Part shown: positions 1 through 8,519 of the stretch, piece after piece
Position numbering within the stretch: the first letter of the stretch is position 1
Layout: every line of letters starts with the position of its first letter
Source of the DNA: Geobacter metallireducens GS-15
GTDB taxonomy: Bacteria > Desulfobacterota > Desulfuromonadia > Geobacterales > Geobacteraceae
Direction: 5' to 3'
DNA length: 32,000 nt
Assembly: GCF_000012925.1 (NCBI RefSeq)
Contig: NC_007517.1
Coordinates: forward strand, 1,380,001-1,412,000
Made by a program: the position numbers and the translations under genes
Notes under the pieces: generated by a model
The model's input: only the letters and a program-made list of their open reading frames with translations
The model's database searches: none
Told to the model about the DNA's origin: nothing

Positions 1-1
1 G

Positions 2-1813
2 TACCTGGCGAAGATCGAGGAGGTCTGGGGCTTTGCCGAGGGGGATATCTTTCGGAACTCGGTCTTCGTGGGCCAACGGGACCTGAAGATCGAGGGGGAC
101 GGCGCCCTCACCACCCGGATCAAACAGCTCCTCTCGGGTTTCTCCGAAATGGATTACGACGCGGTGGTGGACAGCCTCGAAAAGGAGCTCTACGAGTTGA
201 CCAGACGCCCCGGCGGGAGGGCCAAGGATCGTGAGTTGGAAGAGGTGCGCGCTCGGATGGCCGAGTTGGCCGAGGCCTGGCGCTCGGCCAGTCGGACCAT
301 GGAGGAAGTCTGCAAGGCGGAAGCGGAGCTGGCGGAGCTTCGGGGCTTCATCGACGCCAGCCGGGCCGACCTGGAGAAGGGGGAGAAGTACCTTCAACGG
401 GTGAAAAAGTACCATGAGGCCACGGTCCGTGAAGCGGTGCTGAGCAAGGAGTTCGACCGTATCCAGACGGAGCGGGAAAAGGTGGAGGCCCTTGAGGCGC
501 AGCGGAGGACCATTGAGGCACGGCTTGCCCCCCTGGGGAATCTGACGGAATTGCCCGATGGCTTCGACAGGACCATCGAGGCCTACTGCGCCGCCAGCGT
601 GCGGCTGGAGCAGCTTGAAGAGGAGATGGCAGGGCTGACCGTGGAGGCAGATGATGTTCGCAAAGTGCCTCTCGGGCTGCTTCTGTCACCCATTCTCGCG
701 TGGGGGGCGGCTGTTGCGGCTTGGTTCCTCGTGCCCGCCACTGCCTACGTGGTGACCGGCATTGCCCTTGCGGCGACCCTGGCCGTTGTTGTCTATGCCG
801 CCCGGTTGAGCAGCGCGCGCAATGCCAATGCAGCCCGCCGCCAGGGGAGGATCGACGGCCTCGCTGTCGAGATCGACCGACTACGCAGCGAGGCAGCCCG
901 TCACGGGGGAGCGGTTGCGGAGCATCTTGGCGACATCGACCCGGCCAGCGCCCGGGGGATTCTTGAGGAGATGGAAGGAGTCGAGGAGATCGTTGCCGAG
1001 CGCGACCAGGTGGCAAGCGCCCTCAAGGTGCTCTCTCCTTTGGACGATCTCAAGGCTCAGGGAGCGGAGCTAGCTCGGGAGTTGGCCGTGGTGCGGGAAA
1101 CCATGGAAAGCGTTGTCGGCAAGGGGTTTCCGGTCATGTCACACGAGGAGTTCACCGCCGCCGAGGCGAAGATGCAGCGGCTGGCCGGGGAGGTGAAGGA
1201 GAAGGAGCGGGCCGCCCTCGTCAAGGAGCAGGAGTTGGCGGTACTTCGCACGGGGGGGCTCGACCTTGAGGCCATCGCCGAGGAGGGAGAAGAACTCAAG
1301 TCCCGTGAGCAGCGACTCGTGCGGCGGACCGGCGCGTTGCGGCTCGCCGTGGAGCTTCTGCGGGAAACCCTCGATGAATACCGGGCCACGTACCTGGCAC
1401 GGCTCTCCTCGGAGATCAACGGGAAGCTCTATAACCTCACGGCCGGCAGGTATCGCGAGGCCCGTCTCGACGACAATTTCAACCTCACTATCGGCGCCGA
1501 CGGTGAGCTCAGGCCGGCAGAGGCCTACAGTTGCGGAGTCCAGGACCAGGCCTATCTTGCCTCCCGGCTTGCCCTGGGGGGGATACTCTCTCGGGGGAGA
1601 AAATTGCCTTTTCTTCTCGACGACCCTTTGGTAAATTTTGATGACGAGCGAAAAACTGCCGTTCTGGTTACACTTAACCTCATTGCTTCAGGCCACCAGG
1701 TCATCCTCTTTGTTCATGACGAACGCTATCTCCGGCTCAAGGGGGCAGACCTCTGGCATCGAATCCGAATCGACATGAAAGGAAAACCGGATGGACAACT
1801 GCATCTTCTGTAA
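2..1813 (+). CDS. SMC/SbcC-like AAA ATPase with central membrane hairpin (YhaN-type); 5' end lies upstream of the window
   Basis: The frame is open from nt 2, with no stop before the GTG at 68 used by the ORF track, so the gene begins outside the window. The sequence is E/A/R/L-rich and coiled-coil-like. It has two adjacent hydrophobic helices (LLLSPILAWGAAVAAWFLV / YVVTGIALAATLAVVVYAA). The C-terminus carries an ABC-type signature/Walker B/D-loop block (SCGVQDQAYLASRLAL ... LPFLLDDPLVNFDD). Confidence 0.75.
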   Translation, partial: YLAKIEEVWGFAEGDIFRNSVFVGQRDLKIEGDGALTTRIKQLLSGFSEMDYDAVVDSLEKELYELTRRPGGRAKDRELEEVRARMAELAEAWRSASRTMEEVCKAEAELAELRGFIDASRADLEKGEKYLQRVKKYHEATVREAVLSKEFDRIQTEREKVEALEAQRRTIEARLAPLGNLTELPDGFDRTIEAYCAASVRLEQLEEEMAGLTVEADDVRKVPLGLLLSPILAWGAAVAAWFLVPATAYVVTGIALAATLAVVVYAARLSSARNANAARRQGRIDGLAVEIDRLRSEAARHGGAVAEHLGDIDPASARGILEEMEGVEEIVAERDQVASALKVLSPLDDLKAQGAELARELAVVRETMESVVGKGFPVMSHEEFTAAEAKMQRLAGEVKEKERAALVKEQELAVLRTGGLDLEAIAEEGEELKSREQRLVRRTGALRLAVELLRETLDEYRATYLARLSSEINGKLYNLTAGRYREARLDDNFNLTIGADGELRPAEAYSCGVQDQAYLASRLALGGILSRGRKLPFLLDDPLVNFDDERKTAVLVTLNLIASGHQVILFVHDERYLRLKGADLWHRIRIDMKGKPDGQLHLL

Positions 1814-2135
1814 GATCATCAACGGGACCATTCCCGCCAGGAAGGTCTACGAAGACGACGACCTCGTCGCCATCGAGGACATCAACCCGGTCGCACCGCA
1901 CCATATCCTGCTCATTCCCCGCAAGCACATCGTGAACGCCCTTGACCTGACCGCCGGGGATGACGCTCTTGTCGGTCGCGTTTTCCGGGCCGCGGCAGCC
2001 ATTGCCCGGGAGCGTGGGGTGGACGAGCGGGGATTCCGCATCGTTCAAAACACCAATGCCGATGCAGGCCAGTCGGTCTTTCACATCCACTTCCATCTCC
2101 TTGCGGGACGGCATCTGGGGTGGCCGCCGGGATAG
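1791..2135 (+). CDS. HIT (histidine triad) family nucleotide hydrolase, HinT-like
   Basis: 114 aa. N-terminal CIFCKI motif and the histidine triad HIHFHLLAG near the C-terminus. The ATG overlaps the end of the upstream ATPase gene by 23 nt. Confidence 0.9.
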   Translation: MDNCIFCKIINGTIPARKVYEDDDLVAIEDINPVAPHHILLIPRKHIVNALDLTAGDDALVGRVFRAAAAIARERGVDERGFRIVQNTNADAGQSVFHIHFHLLAGRHLGWPPG

Positions 2136-2187
2136 CCTCATTGTGTCCTGTCTGTGCCGAACCAACGAGATATGCGGGAGGTAACCC

Positions 2188-2730
2188 ATGACGCGCTTTG
2201 CATGCACCGTGATGATCCTGGCTCTGGCCGTGGCGGCCCAAGCCGACATATACAAGTGGGTGGACCAGCGAGGGACGGTCAACTACACTGAAGACCTTGG
2301 CAAGGTTCCCAAAAAATACCGGAAGAAAGTAACGGTTATTCCCGAAGGTGGGGCGCCTGCGGCCGAGGTGACGGAAACTGTCGTCGAGCGGGGAGGCAAA
2401 GAGAAGAAGCCGGAAACCGGGCAGAAGGAAGTTGAAAACGCACTGGCGCCGAAACAGGAAAAAAAGAAGATGGTCTACGGCGGCAAGGATGAGGATGCCT
2501 GGAAAACCGAGTTCAGGACGCTGAGGAGTGAGATCAAAGCCAACGAGGCAGAACTCGCCGCGCGTCGTGGCCGGTTGGCCAATCCCGGCACCATGAACCG
2601 TGGCGATTTTCTGGGGGTCCAGAGGGAAGCAAAGAGGATAGAGGAGACGCTGACCGGCCTGAATACCAAGCTTAACACCCTTGAAGAGAGTGCCCAACGG
2701 GCCGGCGTGCCGCTGGAACTGCGGAAGTAG
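2188..2730 (+). CDS. Secreted DUF4124-domain protein with charged coiled-coil tail
   Basis: SD GGGAGG at 2176-2181, 6 nt before the ATG. Signal peptide MTRFACTVMILALAVAAQA. DUF4124-type motif DIYKWVDQRGTVNYTE. K/E-rich remainder. Confidence 0.75.
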   Translation: MTRFACTVMILALAVAAQADIYKWVDQRGTVNYTEDLGKVPKKYRKKVTVIPEGGAPAAEVTETVVERGGKEKKPETGQKEVENALAPKQEKKKMVYGGKDEDAWKTEFRTLRSEIKANEAELAARRGRLANPGTMNRGDFLGVQREAKRIEETLTGLNTKLNTLEESAQRAGVPLELRK

Positions 2731-2751
2731 GGCAAAGGAGTTTCAGTAAAG

Positions 2752-2785
2752 AAAAAGCCCGGAGGGGTAATCCTCCGGGCTTTTT
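2752..2785. terminator. Intrinsic terminator, symmetric (A5-stem-loop-stem-T5), potentially bidirectional
   Basis: 9-bp GC-rich stem GCCCGGAGG (2757-2765) / CCTCCGGGC (2772-2780), loop GGTAAT. T5 at 2781-2785 and A5 at 2752-2756. Starts 21 nt after the stop of the 2188..2730 CDS. Confidence 0.8.
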
Positions 2786-3182
2786 GGTAATTGACGCCCA
2801 GCGGGGATGCTTTCTCGTATCCGTCGGTAGAAGCGGTCGTGAAACCGGGCAGGACGCTCTTTTGCGACCGTCGGGCCTGGGTCTTCGCAGTCGTTTCCCC
2901 TTTTGGTGGCGGTTGTTACGCGCCTGACGGAAGAGACGTACGCTTACTGCGCCATTCCCTGGACGTCAATTAGTTACGTTGCTCCGGGATAACCGTACAA
3001 CCGCTGGACCCTCTGACCATTGGTAAACTTTTTGTCGGGAAGGCGCTTCAGGCTTCCCTGAGCTGCGGGCTTGCTCACCGCACCTGAACCCGTATTGGTG
3101 TCATGGGTTAACCGTCAGGTCCCTCAACCGGTCGTTACCTGATTCCCAGAGCAATTTTCAAAGAGCGGCACCTTTTGACTGA

Positions 3183-3210
3183 AGTGTATCTCCGTTGATG
3201 ATGCTGTCAA
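3183..3210 (-). promoter_or_regulatory. Candidate sigma70-type promoter firing leftward into the gene-free spacer
   Basis: On the minus strand: TTGACA (3210..3205), 16-nt spacer, TACACT (3188..3183). No CDS lies downstream on that strand before the terminator at 2785..2752. Confidence 0.3.
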
Positions 3211-3269
3211 CGGGGGAGGAAGAATTTTTTTGCTGCCGATAACTCCTGTCCCTGACAGTCGGGCGTCGA

Positions 3270-3298
3270 TTGACACGGGGCAGCATTATTGCTAGGGT
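3270..3298 (+). promoter_or_regulatory. Candidate sigma70-type promoter for lgt
   Basis: TTGACA (3270-3275), 17-nt spacer, TAGGGT (3293-3298), about 30 nt upstream of the lgt ATG. SD GAGAGGAG lies just before 3328. Confidence 0.35.
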
Positions 3299-3327
3299 AG
3301 ACCGATTTCGCCCTGAGAGGAGCAACC

Positions 3328-4113
3328 ATGCAGCTTCCGCACATAGATCCGGTTTTCCTGCGCATCGGCCCCCTGGAATTCCGGTGGTATGGTCTGATGT
3401 ACATACTGGGGTTCATTGCAGCTTATTTTATCGTCCTCCGGAGGGCCCGGAAGCGTTCCCTTCTCCTTTCAGCGGACGATGTGGCTGATATTATCTTTTA
3501 TCTGGCGGTGGGGGTGATTCTTGGCGGTCGGCTGGGATACATCCTTTTCTACAATGCCCCCTACTATCTCGAACATCCCCTGAAGATATTCGCCGTTTGG
3601 GAAGGGGGAATGTCGTTCCACGGAGGGCTCATCGGCGTTGTGCTGGCGGGGCTTTTGGTGGCACGGAAAAAGAGGCTGGGGTTCTTTACCCTGGCAGACC
3701 TCTGTGTCCTTACCGCTCCGGTGGGGCTCGGTCTGGGGAGGCTGGGCAATTTCATCAATGGGGAACTCTACGGGCGAGTCACCGATATGCCCTGGGGGGT
3801 GGTATTCCGTGAGGGAGGCCCGATGCCGAGGCATCCGTCTCAACTTTACGAGGCGATTCTTGAAGGGCCGGTGCTGTTTATAATTCTGATGGTAGTAGGG
3901 AGGAAGGAGCGCCCGGCAGGGGTGGCCTTCTGGACCTTTGTCTCCTGTTATGGGCTGTTCCGTTTTTTTGTCGAATTTTTCCGGGAGCCCGACTCTCAGC
4001 TGGGTTTTATCATGGGCCCCTTTTCCATGGGGCAACTGCTCAGTTTTCCCATGTTTCTTCTCGGACTCGCGATGGTGCTGATCATCACGAAGAAGGGGAA
4101 ACGCACCGAATGA
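3328..4113 (+). CDS. lgt: Phosphatidylglycerol-prolipoprotein diacylglyceryl transferase
   Basis: 261 aa, polytopic. Characteristic Lgt N-terminus (IDPVFLRIGPLEFRWYGLMYILGF), GGRLGY, WEGGMSFHGGLIG, GRLGNFINGELYG, RHPSQLYEA. Confidence 0.95.
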   Translation: MQLPHIDPVFLRIGPLEFRWYGLMYILGFIAAYFIVLRRARKRSLLLSADDVADIIFYLAVGVILGGRLGYILFYNAPYYLEHPLKIFAVWEGGMSFHGGLIGVVLAGLLVARKKRLGFFTLADLCVLTAPVGLGLGRLGNFINGELYGRVTDMPWGVVFREGGPMPRHPSQLYEAILEGPVLFIILMVVGRKERPAGVAFWTFVSCYGLFRFFVEFFREPDSQLGFIMGPFSMGQLLSFPMFLLGLAMVLIITKKGKRTE

Positions 4114-4122
4114 CAGGCGAAC

Positions 4123-4557
4123 TCACGGGCAGCAGCGCAGACACTTGGTCATCTCCAGCATATTCCCGCCGTTAATCTTCTCGTATTTCACCGTATCCAT
4201 CAGCTGCTTGATGATAAAAATCCCCCGGCCTCGGTCTTCAAGCTGGTCGAAGTCGGGCGGGGGGATGCTGTTGATGTTGAATCCCTGGCCATCGTCGAAG
4301 ACCCGGATGAGAAGGTCCTGGTCAGTGATATTAATGTAGACGTGGACCATCTTGTCAGGGTCGTTGGCGTTGGCGTGCTTGATGGCGTTTACCATCGCCT
4401 CCGTAAGGACAAGGTTGATATGGTAGGCCAGCATGTCCCGGTCGCCGTCGTAGCGGTCGAGTTCCTTGGCGATGTCTTCGCCGATCCTCCCGATGAGGCT
4501 CAGGTAACGGGTCTGGTTCGGCACCTTGATATCAACTTCGATCTCTTTCCTGTCCAT
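4123..4557 (-). CDS. Anti-sigma regulatory factor / serine protein kinase (RsbW/SpoIIAB-type HATPase)
   Basis: 144 aa. N-box EAMVNAIKHA, G1 box DDGQGF, G2-like GRGIFIIKQLMD. Lies directly downstream of a STAS gene. Confidence 0.85.
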   Translation of the reverse strand: MDRKEIEVDIKVPNQTRYLSLIGRIGEDIAKELDRYDGDRDMLAYHINLVLTEAMVNAIKHANANDPDKMVHVYINITDQDLLIRVFDDGQGFNINSIPPPDFDQLEDRGRGIFIIKQLMDTVKYEKINGGNMLEMTKCLRCCP

Positions 4558-4566
4558 CCCTCACCC

Positions 4567-4818
4567 CTAGAAGTTTTCAAGTGCTTCCGCCGTTGAGCCG
4601 AATATCTCGAAGACCCGGTGCAGGCGGGTCAGTTCGAACATGGACTTGACCTGGGGCTGCAAGCTCGAAAGCTTGAGGCTCCCCTGATGGGATATGGCGT
4701 TTTTGAATCCGGAAACCAGGGCACCCAGGCCCGAACTGTCGATAAAGCGGATATCGGTAAGGTCAACGAGGATGTTCTTCTTCCCCTGCTCGAAGAGTTC
4801 CTGCATCTTTCCCTTCAA
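4567..4818 (-). CDS. Anti-sigma-factor antagonist (STAS domain); this is the longest canonical-start ORF, and the true N-terminus appears to be split off by a frameshift (see findings)
   Basis: Core STAS motifs ILVDLTDIRFIDSSGLGALV. The frame stays open upstream to 4899 and encodes the expected first strand (EILIIFVKEERLDA) without any ATG/GTG/TTG. A well-placed ATG with SD AAGGAG sits at 4903 in another frame, separated by an A8 run. Confidence 0.8.
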   Translation of the reverse strand: MKGKMQELFEQGKKNILVDLTDIRFIDSSGLGALVSGFKNAISHQGSLKLSSLQPQVKSMFELTRLHRVFEIFGSTAEALENF

Positions 4819-4968
4819 GTCGTTGGAGTTATGGGCATCGAGCCGCTCTTCCTTTACGAAGATGATCAGGATTTCGTTTTTTTTCTTCCGTTTTGAGGTT
4901 CATGGTCCACTCCTTGAGGTCAGGCTTTCTCGAAAAAACGACCGTCATTGTATGATGTTCAACTTTTG

Positions 4969-7900
4969 TTATTGTACACCAATTGGTTCCGCTGCGCTCT
5001 GATTTTGCTTCATTAACTGTCGGGACGGAAATACTTTGAAAACGACCATGGAAATGTCGTCGTTGATGACCGATGTGGCACTGAAGCTTTCAACTTCCGC
5101 GAGGATGGTTTCGATAATGGCCTCCGCGGGCCGGGCATGGTTTTGGGTGAGGATGTCGCAGAGGCGCCCTGAGCCGAAGAATTCTCCAGCTGGGTTCTGG
5201 GCTTCGGTGATGCCGTCGGTATAGAGGAGCACCACGTCGCCTTGCTGGAGGGAAATGATCTTTTCCTCGAACTGAACGTCCCGTTTTACGCCAAGGATGA
5301 GCCCCTCGGCATCCAACTCCACGCAGGCACGCTGACCCTCGCGGAAGATGAGCGGAGGGTTGTGGCCGGCATTGGCGTAGGCGAGGATGCAGCGTTCGGC
5401 GTCGTAGCGGACGTAGAACATGGTGATGAAGAGCTCGGCGGCAGAGAGGTCGTCGTGGAGCAGCTCATTGAGGGTCGCGAGGATTGCCCCGGCCGTCTTG
5501 TCGGAGCGGGCCTGGGCCCGGAGCACGCTCCTGGTTTCCGCCATGATGAGGGCCGCCCCCACGCTGTGCCCTGATACGTCGGCTATGACCATGTCGATAT
5601 TGTTGGCGCCGTGCAGGAAGAAGTCGTAGTAGTCCCCTCCCACATGGGTTGCCGGCTTGCAGCGCCCCGCAAGCTCTACTCGCTGGACTGCCGGAGGGCT
5701 GGAGGGGAGGAGCGAAAGCTGGATCTGCTTCGCAATCTCCATCTCCTTGAGAACCCGGGCGTTTTCCAGGAGAATGCGTTCCTTTTCCTCGCGCTCCCGC
5801 TCCCTTGCTTCCATTTCCGTGACTATTTTCACTGCCTGGGCCAACTGCCCCGCCAGGCTCTCCAGGAGGTCGAGGAACGGTTCGTTGAAGAGACCAACGA
5901 TGTTCTTGGAGAAGACCGACAAAATACCAAGCGGGTGTTCTCCTTTGCGGGCAATGGGGATGTGGGCGAAGGACTTGATCCCTTCCCGTGCCATCAGGTC
6001 CCGTGAGAGCGGTTTGGTGATGTATTGGGTATCATTGACGAACTGGATCCGGTTGGCCGTGAATGCCTCGCCGATGTATGTTTCGCTTTCGGGGTCCCAG
6101 TCCTTGCCGATGATTGCGGCTATTCCCTTCCCCCGGTAGCTCCTGACCCGCAGGATCCCCTTTTCGTCAATAAGTCTGATAACCGCCAGATCGAGCTTGA
6201 ATTCTTTGAGGATAAGCGCCAGCAGATCGTCCATGATGATCTGGAGGTCCAGGGTCCTGTTGATGAGCTCCGATGCCTTGAGGCGCACGTAGAGGGCCTC
6301 GCGGCTTTCGGCGAGCGACGCCTGGACCGTGCTGAAGATGTCGTAGACCGGTTCCATCCGTGATCCCAGGTCCGAAAGGTAGCTCTCCACAATGGCCCCT
6401 GCAGCCGCAGCACCCACCGACCCCGCCAGGGTCTTTTCGGTGAAGCGCTTCAGTTTCGGCAGTTCGAACTCCGACACCCCTCCCTGCGCAGTGATCTCCC
6501 GGTTCCCCAAATACTCGGCAATGGCCGTGTTGGCCTGTTTCTCGCCAATGAACTTCGACATGAGGTTCACGAACTGCATGATCGTGACCGGCTTCGACAT
6601 CCGCTTGGTTTCCCAGGGGACGCCGTTTCGATCTGAAGTGAAGACGTCGACGAACTTCCGCACCTGGTCCCGTTCCTTGTCGCCCTGGGGGAGGAGGATG
6701 GAGAGAGCCACGTATCCCCCCACGTTGAAGAGCATGCTCCAGAAGAGGGAATGGGACCAGAGGTCGAAGCCGGCAAGGCCGAAGAGCTCTGTCGGCTTCA
6801 ACAGGGCAATGCCGAAGGGGCCTTCGTCGAGGATCGCCCGGGAGAACCGGCCCGACATGATGAAGGAGGGAAGGAGCAGGGTGTAGAGCCAGAGGATGAA
6901 GCCTAGTATGATGCCGGTCAGGGCTCCCACCTTGTTCGCCCGGCGCCAGTAGAGTCCCCCCACGAGCGCCGGACCGAACTGGGCCGCCGCGGCGAAGGAG
7001 ATGAGCCCCATGTTCACGAGCATGAAGGTTTCGCCCACTACTGTCTGGTAAAGAAAGCCGAGCGTAATCACCAGGGCGATGCAGAGCCGCTTCAGGTTGA
7101 TGAGCATGGCCGGGAACCAGGGGCGTGGGGTCAACCGGACCACGATTGGCATGAGGAGGTAGGTGACGAACATGGTGGAGATGGCCACCGACTCCACCAT
7201 CACCATCCCGGCGGAGGCCGAGAAGCCTCCGAGAAACGCCAGCAGCGCCAGCCACGAGTGGCCGCTCTGCAGCGGGAGGGAGAGGACAAAGAAGTCGGCC
7301 CCGAGGGCTCCGCCGGTGTGGAGGATGCCGCCGAGGGCGATGGGGACCACGAACAGGTTGATGAGAAACATGTAGGCCGGCAGCAGCCACATGGCTTTTT
7401 TGATATGGTTTTCATCGCAGTTCTCGATGACCATGATGTGGAACTGGCGGGGAAGGAACATGATGGCGCCCATGGAAAGATAAAGGGTGGTCAGCCATCG
7501 GGCGTAGGTGGTCTCGCCAGGGTCACCGAGGGTGGTCAGGTGGTTGAGAAGGTCCCCCTGGGCATCGATGCGGGAGAAAATGTCGCCGAATCCCCCAAAG
7601 AGCCCGTAGGTGATGAACGTGCCGACGGCGAGGAATGAAGCCAGTTTGACGACCGACTCCACGGCAACTGCGGCCACGAGACCCTCGTGGCGTCGTTCCG
7701 AGGAATTCTGGCGCCGGGCGCCGAAGATCATGCTGAAGATGCTCAGGATGAGAGCTGCGAAGAAGTTGGTGTGCAGCGAGAAGGGGTAGTTTTTGTGGAG
7801 CAGCGGGAGCTGGATGTAGGGGTAGCCGCAGATGATGTCAAAGGTGCTGGACACCGCCTTGAGCTGAAGGGCGATGTAGGGCATTACTCCGAAGATGGCG

Positions 7901-8271
7901 ATGATGGTGATGACGGCCCCGAGCCATTGGGATTTGCCGTAGCGGGAACTGATGAAGTCGGCGATGGAGGTGATGTTGTTCTCCTTGCTGATCCGGACGA
8001 TCTTGCGCAGGAGAAACCACCAGGTGAATGCCATGAGGGTGGGACCCAGATAGACGAGAAGAAAGTCGAGGCCGGTGGTGGCCGCCTTGCCGACGCTGCC
8101 GTAGAACGTCCACGAGGTGTGGTACACGGCGATGGAGAGAGCGTAGACATAGGGGTTGGCGATAATGCTCTTTCCCTCTTCCCGCTTTCTGTCGGCATAG
8201 TACGCAACCCCGAAGAGCAGGACGATGTAGAGGAGCGATACTCCGACCACCAGTTCAATGCTCAGGATCAA
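4969..8271 (-). CDS. Sensor phosphatase: sodium/solute-symporter-like membrane domain + GAF + PP2C/SpoIIE (RsbU-type) serine phosphatase
   Basis: 1100 aa. The N-terminal ~560 aa are polytopic and SSS-family-like. GAF-like segment (LDLAVIRLIDEKGILRVRSYRG...). C-terminal PP2C motifs GGDYYDF, ADVSGHSVGAAL, ANAGHNPPL, LLYTDGITEA. The TTG start overlaps the upstream stop (TTGA). Confidence 0.9.
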   Translation of the reverse strand: MILSIELVVGVSLLYIVLLFGVAYYADRKREEGKSIIANPYVYALSIAVYHTSWTFYGSVGKAATTGLDFLLVYLGPTLMAFTWWFLLRKIVRISKENNITSIADFISSRYGKSQWLGAVITIIAIFGVMPYIALQLKAVSSTFDIICGYPYIQLPLLHKNYPFSLHTNFFAALILSIFSMIFGARRQNSSERRHEGLVAAVAVESVVKLASFLAVGTFITYGLFGGFGDIFSRIDAQGDLLNHLTTLGDPGETTYARWLTTLYLSMGAIMFLPRQFHIMVIENCDENHIKKAMWLLPAYMFLINLFVVPIALGGILHTGGALGADFFVLSLPLQSGHSWLALLAFLGGFSASAGMVMVESVAISTMFVTYLLMPIVVRLTPRPWFPAMLINLKRLCIALVITLGFLYQTVVGETFMLVNMGLISFAAAAQFGPALVGGLYWRRANKVGALTGIILGFILWLYTLLLPSFIMSGRFSRAILDEGPFGIALLKPTELFGLAGFDLWSHSLFWSMLFNVGGYVALSILLPQGDKERDQVRKFVDVFTSDRNGVPWETKRMSKPVTIMQFVNLMSKFIGEKQANTAIAEYLGNREITAQGGVSEFELPKLKRFTEKTLAGSVGAAAAGAIVESYLSDLGSRMEPVYDIFSTVQASLAESREALYVRLKASELINRTLDLQIIMDDLLALILKEFKLDLAVIRLIDEKGILRVRSYRGKGIAAIIGKDWDPESETYIGEAFTANRIQFVNDTQYITKPLSRDLMAREGIKSFAHIPIARKGEHPLGILSVFSKNIVGLFNEPFLDLLESLAGQLAQAVKIVTEMEAREREREEKERILLENARVLKEMEIAKQIQLSLLPSSPPAVQRVELAGRCKPATHVGGDYYDFFLHGANNIDMVIADVSGHSVGAALIMAETRSVLRAQARSDKTAGAILATLNELLHDDLSAAELFITMFYVRYDAERCILAYANAGHNPPLIFREGQRACVELDAEGLILGVKRDVQFEEKIISLQQGDVVLLYTDGITEAQNPAGEFFGSGRLCDILTQNHARPAEAIIETILAEVESFSATSVINDDISMVVFKVFPSRQLMKQNQSAAEPIGVQ

Positions 8272-8519
8272 CGGTGATCTCCTTCGTCCTGCTCGTCTTC
8301 AGGCTGGTCGATGGCCTTGGTGAAGAGGTAGATGACAACTATTGATAGTGCCCATCCCCCCACGAAATAGAGATAGAGCAGGGGGATGGAAAAGATTCGG
8401 TACGGCTTGTTGAAGATCTGGATGAACGGATAGTTCATCATGACGAAGCCCAGGATGAAGAAAATCACCCACGATTCGCTCAGTCTCAACCGTTTGAAGA
8501 GGGCAACCCGCAATTTCAT
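8268..8519 (-). CDS. Small two-helix membrane protein (symporter-associated small-subunit type)
   Basis: About 83 aa from the ATG at 8519. That ATG forms an ATGA overlap with the upstream stop, and the gene's own stop overlaps the start of the 1100-aa gene. Two hydrophobic helices and an acidic tail. The family was not verified. Confidence 0.55.
   Translation of the reverse strand: MKLRVALFKRLRLSESWVIFFILGFVMMNYPFIQIFNKPYRIFSIPLLYLYFVGGWALSIVVIYLFTKAIDQPEDEQDEGDHR

Noticed and set aside
2786-3200. RNase P RNA, tmRNA, 6S RNA, or a cobalamin/TPP/glycine riboswitch in the long spacer before lgt.
   Set aside because: Only short chance-level similarities (GGUGCGGUGAGC, CAGGUAACG, GGGAAGCC) are present. 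The universal RNase P elements GGAAAGUCC and ACAGAA-CCGGCUUA, the tmRNA tRNA-like ends, the B12 box and the other riboswitch cores are absent. It is kept only as an unclassified ncRNA candidate.
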